From Chloroflexota bacterium (GTDB lineage: Bacteria; Chloroflexota; Limnocylindria; Limnocylindrales; CSP1-4): DNA of 64,000 nt. The stretch spans positions 16,715-80,714 of the forward strand of contig JAJZRG010000008.1 of NCBI GenBank assembly GCA_021802825.1. The letters are read 5' to 3'. Both the position numbers and the translations under genes were made by a program. Position 1 is the first letter of the stretch, and each line of letters starts with the position of its first letter. Below are positions 17,498 to 26,974 of the stretch, in pieces. Under the pieces are notes generated by a model. That model was not told where the DNA came from and searched no databases. It was given only the letters and a program-made list of their open reading frames with translations.

Positions 17498-19539
17498 TCG
17501 GGCTGAGGAGGGCGCCGCACCGGCCCGGCACCCGCCCGCAGCGCCTCGTGTTGCTCGCACTCGCGATCGGCGTGCTGGGCCTGCTGCTCGCGCCCATCGG
17601 CCTCATTCCCGTCCCGACTGCACGCGGCGCCAGCACCGACCTGACCGTCGTGACCGCCGCCAGCTACACGGTCGAGCCGAGCCAGCGCCGAGTGCGCGTG
17701 GTGGTGGACGCGACGCTCGCCAATCACCGCGCGGACACCCAGGTCAAGCGCTACTTCTTTGACCACGCGTTCCTGAACGTGCAGCCCGGCGCGGCCAGCC
17801 CGACGGTCATCAAGGGCCCGAGCGGCGCGGCGGTGCGGATCACGTCCAGGAGCGCCAACGCGACCACCCTTCGTCTGGACTTCGGGCAGCTGTTCGGCGG
17901 CCACACGGCGTCACTCCGCTTCGCCTTCGACCTCAAGGACACGGGCAGCACCGCCGGTCGCCTGGTCCGCATCGGCACCAGCCTCGTGACGTTCCCCGTC
18001 TGGGCGTACGCGTCCGATGGAGCCTCGGGCAGCCGCGTCACGGTTCGCTTCCCCAAGGGCTACGACGTCAATGTCGAGGCCGGCTCGTTCGCGGCGCAGA
18101 CGCAGGCATCGGACGGCAGCACCGTCCTGGCCACCAATGCGCTGGCGAACCCGCTCGCGTTCTTCGCCTACGTCTCAGGCCAGCAGGCGCCGACGTATCG
18201 GGCGACAAACCTGTCCGTGAGGGCCGGGGACGAGACGATCCCGCTCACGATGCAGGCGTGGAAGGACGACCGGGCCTGGGCCGGCCGCGTGGGCCCGCTG
18301 CTCACTGGGGCGCTGCCGCTGCTGCGCGCGGACATCGGCCTGGCCTGGCCCCACGACGGCCCCGTCATCGTGCAGGAGTCGGGCAGCCGGAGCGCAGCTG
18401 GCATCGCGGGCGTGTACGACGCCCGGTCGTCCACGATTCAGCTGGCGTACTGGGCCAGCGCCGTGACCGTGGTCAACGAGGCCGCCCACGGCTGGTTCAA
18501 CGGCGCCCTCCTCGCGGACCGCTGGTCGGTGGAGGGGTTCACCGGCTACTACGCGCAGCGGGCGCTCGCGGCGCTCAAGATCAAGGCGGCCCCGCCCAAG
18601 CTCACCGCGGATCCCCAGGCGGCCGCGTTCCCGCTCAACGACTGGCCGGCCACGCCGGCTCCCGAATCGGCCGCGGAGTCATACGGCTATGCCGCGTCCT
18701 ATGCGCTCGCCACGCTCATCGCCAAGCAGGCGGGCCCGGACGCCCTCGCCCGGGTCTGGTCGGACGCCGCGACGCGGACCGGGGCGTACCAGCCGCCGCC
18801 AGGGCAGGGCTCGACGCCGGAGCGGGTTGACGGGGCGCCCGACTGGCGCGGCCTCCTCGATCTGCTCGAAACCGAGACCGGGAGCGACTTCACCACGCTG
18901 TGGCGGACCTGGGTGGTGCGCCCGGGCGAGTCCGGCCTGCTTGACCAGCGGGCGTCGGCCAGGGCCGCCTACCGGGACGTCCTGGAGGCGGCGAACGGCT
19001 GGGCTTTGCCGCGGGTCATCCGCGACGCTCTCCGCGCCTGGCAGTTCGGCACCGCGACGTCGCTCACCAGCCACGCCCGGACCGCGCTGGCCGAGCGTGC
19101 GAGGCTGGAGGCCAAGGTGTCGGCGGCCGGCCTGGCCCTGCCGCCGTCCATGCGCCGCCTGTTCGAGGCGGGTGACTTCGGTGGGGCGGTGGCCGAGGCG
19201 CAGCAGGAAGAGGCCGCGATCGCGGCGATCGAGACGGCGGGCGAGGGGCGTGCCCAGGGTGTCCGCGACACGCTGACGACGGTGGGGATGATGGGCGAGG
19301 ACCCCGACCGCGACCTCACGACGGCGACGGCAGCCTTCGCCGCAGGCGACAGCGCCGCGGCGATCAGCGCGGCCCAGGCGGCCTCGCATCTGTGGGCCGA
19401 TGCCCGCGGCGAGGGACAGCGGCGCGTGTTGATGGCCGCCGCCGTGGCGGTGGCGCTCGGGGTCCTGGTGGTCTCGCTCGCCAGCCGGCTGCGGCGCGTC
19501 CGGCGCGCCCGGCCCGAGAGCTCGGCGCTCGTGCGGTGA
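17494..19539 (+). CDS. Membrane-anchored (N- and C-terminal TM) gluzincin-like protein with degenerate zinc site (NEAAH in place of HExxH)
   Basis: GTG 17494 lies within ORF 17368..19539. TM helices LVLLALAIGVLGLLLAPIGLI and VLMAAAVAVALGVLVVSLA. Motif NEAAHGWFN...WSVEGFTGYY at 18475-18489. Paralogous along its length to the next gene. Confidence 0.7.
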   Translation: MIGLRRAPHRPGTRPQRLVLLALAIGVLGLLLAPIGLIPVPTARGASTDLTVVTAASYTVEPSQRRVRVVVDATLANHRADTQVKRYFFDHAFLNVQPGAASPTVIKGPSGAAVRITSRSANATTLRLDFGQLFGGHTASLRFAFDLKDTGSTAGRLVRIGTSLVTFPVWAYASDGASGSRVTVRFPKGYDVNVEAGSFAAQTQASDGSTVLATNALANPLAFFAYVSGQQAPTYRATNLSVRAGDETIPLTMQAWKDDRAWAGRVGPLLTGALPLLRADIGLAWPHDGPVIVQESGSRSAAGIAGVYDARSSTIQLAYWASAVTVVNEAAHGWFNGALLADRWSVEGFTGYYAQRALAALKIKAAPPKLTADPQAAAFPLNDWPATPAPESAAESYGYAASYALATLIAKQAGPDALARVWSDAATRTGAYQPPPGQGSTPERVDGAPDWRGLLDLLETETGSDFTTLWRTWVVRPGESGLLDQRASARAAYRDVLEAANGWALPRVIRDALRAWQFGTATSLTSHARTALAERARLEAKVSAAGLALPPSMRRLFEAGDFGGAVAEAQQEEAAIAAIETAGEGRAQGVRDTLTTVGMMGEDPDRDLTTATAAFAAGDSAAAISAAQAASHLWADARGEGQRRVLMAAAVAVALGVLVVSLASRLRRVRRARPESSALVR

Positions 19540-21857
19540 GTGCCGCTGGGGGGCAGCGCGCTCGGCTGGTCGCCCTTCTGGGCGTTGGAGCGCTCATCGC
19601 GGGGACGCTGTTGCCCGGGGCGGGTGGCGGCCTGGCGCGGGACCGAGGTGAGGTACGGGCCCTCCCGCTGGCCGCCGACACGGGGCAGGGGAGCGGGCCC
19701 GCGGTCGCCAGCGCGCCACTGGGCGCAGCAGCCAGCCTGTTCGCGCACGCGGCGCCGCCTGGCCGGAGGCCGCCCCAGGCGCCCGTGCCGGGCGGGACCC
19801 TCGTGCCCGCGCCCGTCCCGCTGCACCCCGTCCTCGCGGCCGCTGACTTCCTCGACGTGTCAACGGCCACGACGTACCTGGTTGACCCGGTCGCCCGCGA
19901 GGTCCGGGTCGTGGTGGACGTCACCGCCGTCAACCGGCTGCCGGTGGCCCCCGGCGCCCGCGACTACTACCCCACGGTCGGGCTGGCGGTCCAGCGCGAG
20001 GCCCGCCAGTTCGCGGCTGAGGAAGGCGGGACCCGCGATGCGATCACCACCATGCCAAGGGTCCAGGATCGCCTGCTGACGATCCAGCTGGCGGAGCGGC
20101 TGTACGTCGGCCAGACGGCGCACGTCCGCGTCTCGTACGCGCTGCCCACCGGCGCCCCGCGCTCGCCGAGCCCTGTCCGCGTCGGCGCCGCCTATGCGAG
20201 CTTCGTCGCCTGGGCCATCGGCGACCGAGGGACGGTCAGCGTGGTCGTGCCGGCGCAGTTCACGGCTGGCATCTCGGGCAGCGCCATGGACGAGGGCACC
20301 AACGCGAGCGGCCAGCAGGTGCTGAGGGCGACCGTCGCCGACCCCAGCACCTGGTACGCCTGGGTTGACGCCCGCAACGACAGCGCGCTCACCAGCCGCT
20401 CGCTGAGGCTCGCCAACGGCGAGCGGGTGGTGGTCCACGCCTGGCCGGAGGACCCAACCTGGGAGAAGGCGGTGTCGAAGACGCTCACCACCGCGATCCC
20501 CGCCCTGGAGAAGCGGATCGGCCTGCGGTGGCCGGTCAGCGGCCAGCTCTCGGTGCTCGAGGTCTCGAGTGCGCGACTCGAGGGGTACGCGGGCTTCTAC
20601 TCGGCCGGCACCAAGCAGATCACGATCAGCGAGGCCCTCGATCCGATCGCGGTAGTCCACGAGGCCTCCCACGCGTGGTTCAACGCCTCCCTGTTCACGG
20701 ACCGCTGGATCACCGAGGGATTGGCGGACGAGTACGCCTCTCGCACGCTGGCCGGCCTCGGTGTGGCGGCTGAGGGGCCCGGCAAGGTGCGCGCGAACGC
20801 CGCGGAGGCCTTCGCGCTCGACACCTGGGGGACGCCCGCCCCCATCAGGACCCCGACCCAGAACGCCCGCGAGCAGTGGGCCTACGACGCCTCCTGGACC
20901 GTCATCCGCAAGGTGGTCGGCAAGCTGGGCGAGGCGAGGATGGCGGTGGTGCTCGCCGCCGCGGACGCCGGGACCAGCGCGTACTCGGTGGCGGGGCAGC
21001 CGATGAGGAGCGCGGCGCGCTCCGACTGGCGACGGTTCGTGGACCTGGCCGAAGAGGTGGGCGGCGGGCGCGCGGTCGCCGAGCTGATCTCCCCTTGGGT
21101 GCTGACGCCCGCGGAGCGCGCGCTGCTGGCGCCTCGGGCCGCGGCACGGAGCGCCTACCACGACCTCCTGGCGCAGGGAGGAGGCTGGGCGCCGCCGGTC
21201 GTGGTGCGCGCGGAGCTCGACGCCTGGGACTTCGCCGGCGCATCGGCCGCCACGGCCGCCGCCGCCGCCCTGCTCGCTGTGCGTGACGGGCTCCGAACGG
21301 CGGCAGCGGCCGAGGGACTCGCCGTCCCGGCGGTGCTGGAGGGCGCTTACGAGAGCGCCTCGACCGTGGAGGCCCTTGCGAAGTCGGCCGATGACGAGCA
21401 GGCGCTGCGCCGATCGCTGGACGCGGTCGCGGCAGCTGGTGCTGCCTTGCAGTCGCCGCGGGACTGGCTCGTCAGCCTGGGGCTGATCGGGCAGGACCCG
21501 TCGGGCGCCCTGGTCGCCGCGCGTGCGGCGTGGGCCTCGGGCGACGCGACGGCCGCCGCTGATCAGGCGACCGACGCTTATCGTGCCCTCGCCGTGGCGG
21601 CCGACGCCGGCAGGCTCCGGCTCGCCGCGATCGGCGCCGGGACCGTTGCCCTCGCCCTCCTGGTGATCCTCGCCTTCACGATCGCCCGCCGCCGGCCGGG
21701 GCCACGCCGCGGGACAGCGGGCGTGGTGGCCGGGGCTCCGCCGGCGCAGCCCGGGGCGCCAGCCGTGCCCGGGCCGTGCCCTATACTCCCGGCCAGTGCG
21801 CCGATCGGGCCCACGCCCCAGTCGCATGCCGACCGGAAGGACGAAGGAGCGCAGTGA
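19536..21857 (+). CDS. Membrane-anchored (N- and C-terminal TM) MA-clan zinc metallopeptidase (HEASH...E intact)
   Basis: GTG 19536 overlaps the upstream stop (GTGA). HEASHAWFN...WITEGLADEY at 20658 onward. N- and C-terminal TM helices and a Pro-rich cytoplasmic tail. Confidence 0.7.
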   Translation: MSAAGGQRARLVALLGVGALIAGTLLPGAGGGLARDRGEVRALPLAADTGQGSGPAVASAPLGAAASLFAHAAPPGRRPPQAPVPGGTLVPAPVPLHPVLAAADFLDVSTATTYLVDPVAREVRVVVDVTAVNRLPVAPGARDYYPTVGLAVQREARQFAAEEGGTRDAITTMPRVQDRLLTIQLAERLYVGQTAHVRVSYALPTGAPRSPSPVRVGAAYASFVAWAIGDRGTVSVVVPAQFTAGISGSAMDEGTNASGQQVLRATVADPSTWYAWVDARNDSALTSRSLRLANGERVVVHAWPEDPTWEKAVSKTLTTAIPALEKRIGLRWPVSGQLSVLEVSSARLEGYAGFYSAGTKQITISEALDPIAVVHEASHAWFNASLFTDRWITEGLADEYASRTLAGLGVAAEGPGKVRANAAEAFALDTWGTPAPIRTPTQNAREQWAYDASWTVIRKVVGKLGEARMAVVLAAADAGTSAYSVAGQPMRSAARSDWRRFVDLAEEVGGGRAVAELISPWVLTPAERALLAPRAAARSAYHDLLAQGGGWAPPVVVRAELDAWDFAGASAATAAAAALLAVRDGLRTAAAAEGLAVPAVLEGAYESASTVEALAKSADDEQALRRSLDAVAAAGAALQSPRDWLVSLGLIGQDPSGALVAARAAWASGDATAAADQATDAYRALAVAADAGRLRLAAIGAGTVALALLVILAFTIARRRPGPRRGTAGVVAGAPPAQPGAPAVPGPCPILPASAPIGPTPQSHADRKDEGAQ

Positions 21858-21894
21858 ACGCCATGGCCAGCGCCCGGGACGCGGTGTGCGCTTG

Positions 21895-22914
21895 ATGGGT
21901 CTGCAGCGCATCCGGCCGTCGGTCGAGATCCTGTCTGGCGCCACCGCCGACGTCTACTTCGCCCGGGCCAACAGCATCCTCGACCGCGAGGGCATGGACC
22001 CCGTCGTGACAATGGAGGTCTTCTGTCGGGAGGACGCGGTCCTGTGCGGCATGGGTGAGGCGACCAACCTCATCGGCCATGTGCTCGCGGACGAGCCCGG
22101 TGCCGTGGTCGAGGCGATGCAGGACGGGGACCTCGTCACGCCCAAGGAGGTCGTCCTCCGCATCCATGCCCGATACCGCGCCTTCGCCCTGTACGAGACG
22201 GCGATGCTGGGCATGCTCTCCCAGTCCACCGGGTGGGCCACCGCGGCCCGCCAGTGCGTCGAGGCCGCCGCCCCGCAGCCCGTGATCTCGTTCGGCGCCC
22301 GCCACGTGCACCCCGACATCACCGACGTGCTCGACTACGCTGCGATCGTCGGCGGGTGCGTCGGCGCGTCCACGCCCGCCGGCGCGCGGCTCGCCAAGCT
22401 CAACCCCACCGGGACGATGCCCCACTCGCTGGTCTTGATCTTCGGCGACACGGTCCGCGCCGCCGAGGCGTTCGACCGGGACATGCCCCCCGAGGTGCCG
22501 CGCATCGTACTCGTCGATACGTTCAAGGACGAGGCCGAGGAGGCGCTCCGCGTCGCCAAGGCCCTCGGCGACCGGCTGTACGGCGTCCGCCTCGACACCC
22601 CCTCCGAGCGCGGCCGGGTCACCGCCGACCTCGTGACCGAGGTCAGGGCCCGTCTCGACCGCGAGGGCTACGGCCACGTCCGCATCGTGGTGTCCGGCGG
22701 GCTGACGCCCCAGCGGATCCAGTACTTCAAGGAGAAGGCGGCGCCGGTGGACTCGTTCGCCGTGGGCAGCTACATCTCGGGCGCCACGCCGATCGACTTC
22801 ACGGGCGACATCAAGGAGATCGACGGCCAGCCAATCGCGAAGCGCGGGCGGATCCCTGGCGTGACCGAGAGCCCGCGGCTCAAGACGCTCGACCTGGCCG
22901 CCTGGCGGGACTGA
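21895..22914 (+). CDS. Nicotinate phosphoribosyltransferase (short, archaeal/actinobacterial-type)
   Basis: ATG 21895 lies within ORF 21796..22914. Type II PRTase barrel pattern (FGARHVHP, TMPHS, LVDTF, GVRLDTPS, VSGGL). Confidence 0.8.
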   Translation: MGLQRIRPSVEILSGATADVYFARANSILDREGMDPVVTMEVFCREDAVLCGMGEATNLIGHVLADEPGAVVEAMQDGDLVTPKEVVLRIHARYRAFALYETAMLGMLSQSTGWATAARQCVEAAAPQPVISFGARHVHPDITDVLDYAAIVGGCVGASTPAGARLAKLNPTGTMPHSLVLIFGDTVRAAEAFDRDMPPEVPRIVLVDTFKDEAEEALRVAKALGDRLYGVRLDTPSERGRVTADLVTEVRARLDREGYGHVRIVVSGGLTPQRIQYFKEKAAPVDSFAVGSYISGATPIDFTGDIKEIDGQPIAKRGRIPGVTESPRLKTLDLAAWRD

Positions 22915-22958
22915 GGGCGATCGCGACGCGCTCGGCGCGCCCGTGAGAGCATCCGCGC

Positions 22959-23384
22959 ATGCAGGACGATGGGCGCCGTCCCGAGGGCGAGCCCCAGCCC
23001 GGCGACCGCGAGTCCGCGTACGAGCTCCTCCAGCGAGGCCGCGCCCTGATGCAGGGCCGACACAACGCCCAGGCTGCGATCGTGCTCGAGCGCGCCGCGC
23101 GGATCGAGCCGGGACGTGGGTCGATCCTCGAGGCGCTTGGTCGCGCGCAGTTCAATGCCGGCCACCACCACCGGGCGCGCGAGGTGTTCGAGGCGCTCCT
23201 CGAGGTGGATCCGTCATCACACTACGGCCACTACGCGCTGGCGCAGAGCCTGCGCAAGCTGGGCCGCCTGCCCGAGGCCGTGACCCACTTGCGTCTCGCG
23301 TGCGCGATGGAGCCCGGGTCGGCGCTCTACCGCGGGGCGCTCGAGCGGGCCGAGGCCAGTCGCCGGCGCCGGCCCACGGACTGA
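22959..23384 (+). CDS. Tetratricopeptide-repeat protein
   Basis: 141-aa ORF with three TPR-like helical hairpins (A..LERAARIEP, A.EVFEALLEVDP, A...L..A...EP). Confidence 0.65.
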   Translation: MQDDGRRPEGEPQPGDRESAYELLQRGRALMQGRHNAQAAIVLERAARIEPGRGSILEALGRAQFNAGHHHRAREVFEALLEVDPSSHYGHYALAQSLRKLGRLPEAVTHLRLACAMEPGSALYRGALERAEASRRRRPTD

Positions 23385-23393
23385 GGCGTCGCT

Positions 23394-24335
23394 TCAGTCG
23401 CGCCGAGCCGACGTCGCTGCGATCGTCCAGTGCGGCCACTCGGCCGCGAAGCGGAACCCCATGTCCGTGTACAGGCGCTGCGCGGCCGTGTTCTCGCCCT
23501 CGACGGCGAGGACCACCGCCTCGGCCCCTCGACGGCGCAGCTCGGCGATGCCCCACGAGGTCACGGCGCGGCCGAGGCCCTTGCGGCGCCACGCCCGGTC
23601 CACGCCCAGCAGCCGGATCTCGCCCGCCGCTGATCCGTCCCGACCGCTGTAGCGGACCACCCGGCAGAACCCTACCATCTCGCGCGACGAGAGGTCTTCG
23701 ACCACGAGGATCGAGGTCGGGTCGAAGCCCGGTGTCGCGTGCGCCCGACGCACCTCATCCTCGGTCAGGCTGACCGGCGAGGGGTGGTCAATGAAGATGC
23801 GATTGACGAGCGTGGCGAACGGCGCCGGGTCGTTGACAGGGCTGAAGGTGCGCGCGGCCGTGCCCGTCGGGAAGGCCGGGCCGGGCAGGGCAGCGAGGTC
23901 GCGGCCGGCGACGCGCATCTGCCACAGCGATGCGGCCGGGCGCAGGCCGCTGGCGCTCGCGAACGCCTCGGACGCCGGTTGCCGGCGGACCCAAAGCCGC
24001 AGCAGCTCACGCCCCTCGGCGGCGGCGATCGCCTGGCCGGCCGCCAGCAGCTGCCGCCCGATGCCCCGCCGTCGGTACGCGGGCAGGACCATGAGGTCGC
24101 CTTCGCTGGGCGCGACCCACCCGGCGAGGTGGCCGGCCACCTCAGCCACCGCGCACGACCCAGGATTGTCCGCGATGCGCTCCGCGGCACGCTCCAGCTG
24201 ATATGGCTCGAGGCTGTCGCCCTCGTCCGGTCCGTGCGATGCCAGCATGGCCGCGAGGATCGCCGCGACATCCCCGGCGCGGCAGGCGCGCACGGTGGCG
24301 GTGCCACACCCACCCGGGCTGGTCTCGGTTGTCAT
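23394..24335 (-). CDS. Two-domain GNAT N-acetyltransferase (MshD/mycothiol synthase-like architecture)
   Basis: Start is the internal ATG at 24335 (MTTETS...) of ORF 23394..24659. Two acetyl-CoA motifs: PAYRRRGIGRQLL and DRAWRRKGLGRAV. Confidence 0.75.
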   Translation of the reverse strand: MTTETSPGGCGTATVRACRAGDVAAILAAMLASHGPDEGDSLEPYQLERAAERIADNPGSCAVAEVAGHLAGWVAPSEGDLMVLPAYRRRGIGRQLLAAGQAIAAAEGRELLRLWVRRQPASEAFASASGLRPAASLWQMRVAGRDLAALPGPAFPTGTAARTFSPVNDPAPFATLVNRIFIDHPSPVSLTEDEVRRAHATPGFDPTSILVVEDLSSREMVGFCRVVRYSGRDGSAAGEIRLLGVDRAWRRKGLGRAVTSWGIAELRRRGAEAVVLAVEGENTAAQRLYTDMGFRFAAEWPHWTIAATSARRD

Positions 24336-24351
24336 GGTCCCCCCAGCTGCA

Positions 24352-24972
24352 TCACACCCGCAGGCGTTCCTGGCGCCGCAATCGGTCGAGCCACAGGATG
24401 GCGAGGATCGACTTGGCGTCCGCGATGTGCCCAGTTTCCACCAATGCGAGCGCTTCGTCCATGGACAGGTGTCGTAGTTCGAGTGCTTCGTCCTCGTCGG
24501 GCAAGAGGCGATCGCTGTCGGCGGCGGGGGAGAGCCCCTCTGCCAGGTACAGGTGCATCTCCTCGGACGCGAATCCGGGCGCGGTCCAGAACGAGGCCAG
24601 CTTGCGCCACGAGCGGGCGCGGTGCCCAGTCTCCTCCTCCAGTTCGCGGCGTGCGGCATCGTCGGGGTCCTCGGTGACGCCGTCGTGCACGTCGAGGGTG
24701 CCGGCAGGGATCTCGAGCAGGCCGCGCCCCGCGGCCACGCGCCACTGGCGCACGAACAGCACGCGCCCGAGGTCGTCCACGGCGAGCATCGCGACCGCGC
24801 CCGGGTGGCCCACGATGTCGCGCGTGTGGCGGCTGCCGTCGGACCGCTCGACGGTGTCCACGCGGAACTCCAGGTAGCGCCCGCGGTGCACCACCTCGGA
24901 CGCCACGACGCGCTCGGCCAGCGGGTCGTCGACGGGGAGCGGATCGGGATCGCGGGTCACGGGCGCCTCCAT
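24352..24972 (-). CDS. NUDIX hydrolase (ADP-ribose pyrophosphatase-like)
   Basis: Nudix box G...(x)...RRELEEETGH in the 206-aa ORF. Confidence 0.85.
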   Translation of the reverse strand: MEAPVTRDPDPLPVDDPLAERVVASEVVHRGRYLEFRVDTVERSDGSRHTRDIVGHPGAVAMLAVDDLGRVLFVRQWRVAAGRGLLEIPAGTLDVHDGVTEDPDDAARRELEEETGHRARSWRKLASFWTAPGFASEEMHLYLAEGLSPAADSDRLLPDEDEALELRHLSMDEALALVETGHIADAKSILAILWLDRLRRQERLRV

Positions 24973-24981
24973 CAGCAGGAA

Positions 24982-25011
24982 CGGCCGGCCCGCCGATGGG
25001 CGGACCGGCCG
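24982..25011 (-). terminator. GC-rich hairpin downstream of the sugar ABC ATPase gene
   Basis: CGGCCGGCCCGCC / GGCGGACCGGCCG form a 13-bp stem with one mismatch and a 4-nt loop, 29 nt beyond the minus-strand stop at 25040. No U tract. Confidence 0.35.
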
Positions 25012-25039
25012 CTGCCGTCGTTGCGGGTCCGGGCCAGAG

Positions 25040-26146
25040 CTAGCTGGCCGCGCTCGCGAACTCGCCCGCCTTGATGATCGCGTCGCCGGTCTCGACGTTG
25101 AACAGGTGGAGCTTCTCGAGCGGCACGCGCAGGCTGAGCGTGTCGCCCGGGCGGACGCGATGCGAGGAGTCGACGATCGCGACGATCTCCTGGTCGCCGA
25201 CGCTGACGTGCAGGAGCTCCTCGTTGCCGAGGTACTCGACGACGTCGGCCTTGCCCTGCACCGTCCCGGCGGGCCCGGTGACCTGGTCGAGCTCGAGGTG
25301 CTCGGGGCGGAAGCCGACGGTGACCGTGCGGCCGGCGGCCTTGATGCTGTCGACGTAGCGAGCGGGGACGGGGAAGTTGAAGCCGCCCACCGCGAGGTCG
25401 CCGGAGCCGACCGGGATGTCGATGAAGTTCATGGCCGGGCTGCCGATGAAGCCCGCGACGAACTTGTTCTTCGGGTGGTCGTAGAGGTCCTGCGGCGTGC
25501 CGACCTGCTGGAGCAGGCCCATCGACATCACCGAGATCCGCTCGCCCATCGTCATCGCCTCGACCTGGTCGTGGGTGACGTAGACCATCGTGGTGCCGAG
25601 GCGCTGGTGGAGGCGTGCGATCTCAGCCCGGGTCTGGACGCGCAGCTTGGCGTCGAGGTTGGACAGTGGCTCGTCCATGAGGAACACCGCGGGCTCGCGC
25701 ACGATGGCCCGGCCGAGCGCCACGCGCTGGCGCTGGCCACCCGAGAGCTCCTTGGGCTTGCGGTCGAGCAGCTTCTCGAGCTGGAGGATCCCGGCGGCCT
25801 CGTTGATGCGCTTCTCGATATCGGCCTTGGCCACCTTGCGCAGCTTGAGGCCGAAGGCGAGGTTGTCGCGCACGGTCATGTGCGGGTAGAGCGCATAGCT
25901 CTGGAACACCATCGCGATGTCCCGATCCTTGGGCGCGACGTCGTTGACGATCTTCTCGCCGATCTTGAGGTTGCCCTCGCTGATCTCCTCGAGGCCTGCG
26001 ATCATCCGCAGGCTGGTCGTCTTGCCGCAACCCGAGGGGCCGACGAGCACCATGAACTCGCCGTCCTTGATCTCGAGGTTGAGGTCCGACACGGCGGTCA
26101 CGTCGCCGTATCGCTTGTACACGTGATCGAACGTCACGGTCGCCAT
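25040..26146 (-). CDS. Sugar ABC transporter ATP-binding protein (MalK/UgpC/MsiK-type), orphan
   Basis: Start MATVTFDHVYKRYG at 26146. Walker A GPSGCGKTT, signature LSGGQRQR, Walker B FLMDEP, and a C-terminal MalK-type regulatory domain. No adjacent permease genes. Confidence 0.9.
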   Translation of the reverse strand: MATVTFDHVYKRYGDVTAVSDLNLEIKDGEFMVLVGPSGCGKTTSLRMIAGLEEISEGNLKIGEKIVNDVAPKDRDIAMVFQSYALYPHMTVRDNLAFGLKLRKVAKADIEKRINEAAGILQLEKLLDRKPKELSGGQRQRVALGRAIVREPAVFLMDEPLSNLDAKLRVQTRAEIARLHQRLGTTMVYVTHDQVEAMTMGERISVMSMGLLQQVGTPQDLYDHPKNKFVAGFIGSPAMNFIDIPVGSGDLAVGGFNFPVPARYVDSIKAAGRTVTVGFRPEHLELDQVTGPAGTVQGKADVVEYLGNEELLHVSVGDQEIVAIVDSSHRVRPGDTLSLRVPLEKLHLFNVETGDAIIKAGEFASAAS

Positions 26147-26340
26147 GCGAAGACCTCCATCCCGCCCAGGGCATCGCGGGCTCATGCATCCTGCCGCCGG
26201 AACAGGCTGGCGGACTAGGACGAGCCCCGTACGAGGAGCTGGTTCGGGTTAGGCGCATCCTACGCTCCTCGCGGCGTCCCGCACAAAGGGGCGATGGGAG
26301 CGGTGGCAGGCCCCTGGGATATGGCCCTGGCCGATGTTTC

Positions 26341-26650
26341 CTCCCGCTGCCACCCGCTATCTGTTCCGGCCATCCCCCCGCAATGTGCTCCCGCTCTGTC
26401 TCCTCCCCCGCTATCTGCTCCTGAGGGCGCTTATGTCGGTCGCGCAGGTGAAGCCACGCTCGTGGCCCCGCCGCCTGTCACCCTTGTCTTCCCCGGGTGG
26501 AGATGCGGTGGATTCCGCCGTGGCAAGCCCCTTCGGGGCGAGATAGCGGGGACGACGGGCCGTGGTAAGCGCCTCCGGGAGGAGATGCGGCGGATTCGGC
26601 CGCGGCAAGCCCTCAGCGGAGATGGCCGGGACGACGGGTTGCGGGTGCCC
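26341..26650. repeat. Three diverged copies of an ~82-95-bp intergenic element (one inverted, two tandem direct)
   Basis: The tandem units start at 26499 and 26581 (GGAGATGCGGnGGATTCnGCCGnGGCAAGCCC ... GAGATnGCnGGGACGACGGG). The reverse complement of 26341-26433 aligns with 26566-26650 (TAAGCGCC..GGAG.AGAT.GCGG.. / GGAGATGGCCGG.AC). Confidence 0.6.
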
Positions 26651-26974
26651 ACCTCCGAACCGCAACCTGGGGGCTACCCCGCCGTCCATTGCGCTCGCCG
26701 CCGCCGCGCCGCTATGGTCCGCGACGTGAACCCGCTCGCCCGCCCCATGTGTATGCGCTGGCGGCCCCGCCGTACGGAGGATGGGGTCCGCGGGTTCGGC
26801 GCTGCGACGAGGTAGCGAGAGCCCAGCGGATCGGTCCCGGGGCCGCGGATCCCAGACGAGGGTTCGCGGCTTGTTGTTCTCCGAGACGCGCGGCGGGTGC
26901 CGCCGACCAGACCGGCTCCCCAGCCGAACCGGGCCGTCCCACCCGATCCGCGCTCTTGCGAGAGGAACAGCCCC

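Noticed and set aside
26294-26815. 173-aa plus-strand ORF and several overlapping ORFs in the MalK-OsmC gap
   Set aside because: They run through the repeat units, so the peptide simply mirrors the DNA repeats. The composition is Pro/Arg/Gly-rich, and there is no Shine-Dalgarno or family resemblance.
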